A DNA stretch of 64,000 nucleotides from assembly GCA_040901985.1 (NCBI GenBank), contig JBBDYC010000019.1, forward strand, positions 111,770 through 175,769, given 5' to 3'. The notes beneath the pieces were generated by a model. It had not been told where the DNA came from and did no database searches. It was given only the letters and a program-made list of their open reading frames with translations. Shown here piece after piece: positions 63,562 through 64,000 of the stretch. Numbering within the stretch: the first letter of the stretch is position 1; each line of letters starts with the position of its first letter. This stretch comes from Gemmatimonadaceae bacterium. GTDB taxonomy: Bacteria; Gemmatimonadota; Gemmatimonadetes; Gemmatimonadales; Gemmatimonadaceae. A program made the translations under genes and the position numbers.

Positions 63562-64000
63562 TCAACGGGGCCGCGCCGCGTCCATCGCCGTGCGCATCGC
63601 GCGCACGGCCGCCTCGAGTCCGACGAAGACTGCATGACTGACGATCGAGTGGCCGATGTTCAACTCCTCGCACTCGGGAATCGCCGCCACCGGGCCGACG
63701 TTCTCGAGGGTCAGGCCGTGCCCGGCGTGGACGGCGAGGCCGAGCGCCTTGGCCTGGCGAGCAGCGTCCCGCAACGCCCTGAGCGCGCCGGGAATCCTCG
63801 GGAGGTGGCAGTAGCGGCCGGTGTGGAGCTCGATTGCGGGGACGCCAAGCGCGGCGGCGCGGGCCACCTGGTCGGCGTCGGCATCTATGAAGAGGGAGAC
63901 GCGGATTCCGGCGGCGGCGAGGGGGGCGATTGTCGCGGCCAGGCGCGCCGGATCGGCCGCGAGGTCGAGCCCACCTTCGGTCGTCACCTCTTCGCGCCGT
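63562..64000 (-). CDS. pdxJ: Pyridoxine 5'-phosphate synthase (5' part outside the window)
   Basis: EEVTTEGGLD, VSLFID, IELHTG, HAGHGL, ELNIGHSI. Confidence 0.95.
   Translation of the reverse strand, partial: RREEVTTEGGLDLAADPARLAATIAPLAAAGIRVSLFIDADADQVARAAALGVPAIELHTGRYCHLPRIPGALRALRDAARQAKALGLAVHAGHGLTLENVGPVAAIPECEELNIGHSIVSHAVFVGLEAAVRAMRTAMDAARPR

Overview
High-GC (roughly 70-75% by eye), gene-dense bacterial chromosome segment made up mostly of housekeeping genes. Gene order and protein style suggest Gemmatimonadota (inference). It carries translation genes (rpmE-prfA-prmC, rpsF-rpsR-DUF2232-rplI, rsfS, ychF, pth, rplY, rimO, tRNA-Gln), smc, aroF, lolA, tmk, prs, ispE, partial pdxJ, lepB, a short sigma-70, a membrane pyrophosphatase, an rfbABDC block, a Crp/MBL-hydrolase/CsgG-like/GAF-HD-GYP module and several envelope proteins. 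The standout is a ~630 bp cassette (51355-51982) between hppA and ychF. It holds a four-helix-bundle (23S-IVP/bAvd-like) gene antisense to the host operon, bracketed by two mutually inverted 7-nt tandem arrays. The arrays pair fully (via G-U wobble) only on the host-operon mRNA, and the neighbouring host codons are unusually AT-rich. Other notable points: three probable CTG start codons (including prfA), a C19 tract that frameshifts oxoprolinase B, rfbABDC inserted flush against the tRNA-Gln 3' end, His-less Hpt-like repeats, and a MinD-like/SPOR protein beside smc. No CRISPR array, transposase, integrase, reverse transcriptase or rRNA was seen. All product calls come from motif recognition by eye, not database searches.
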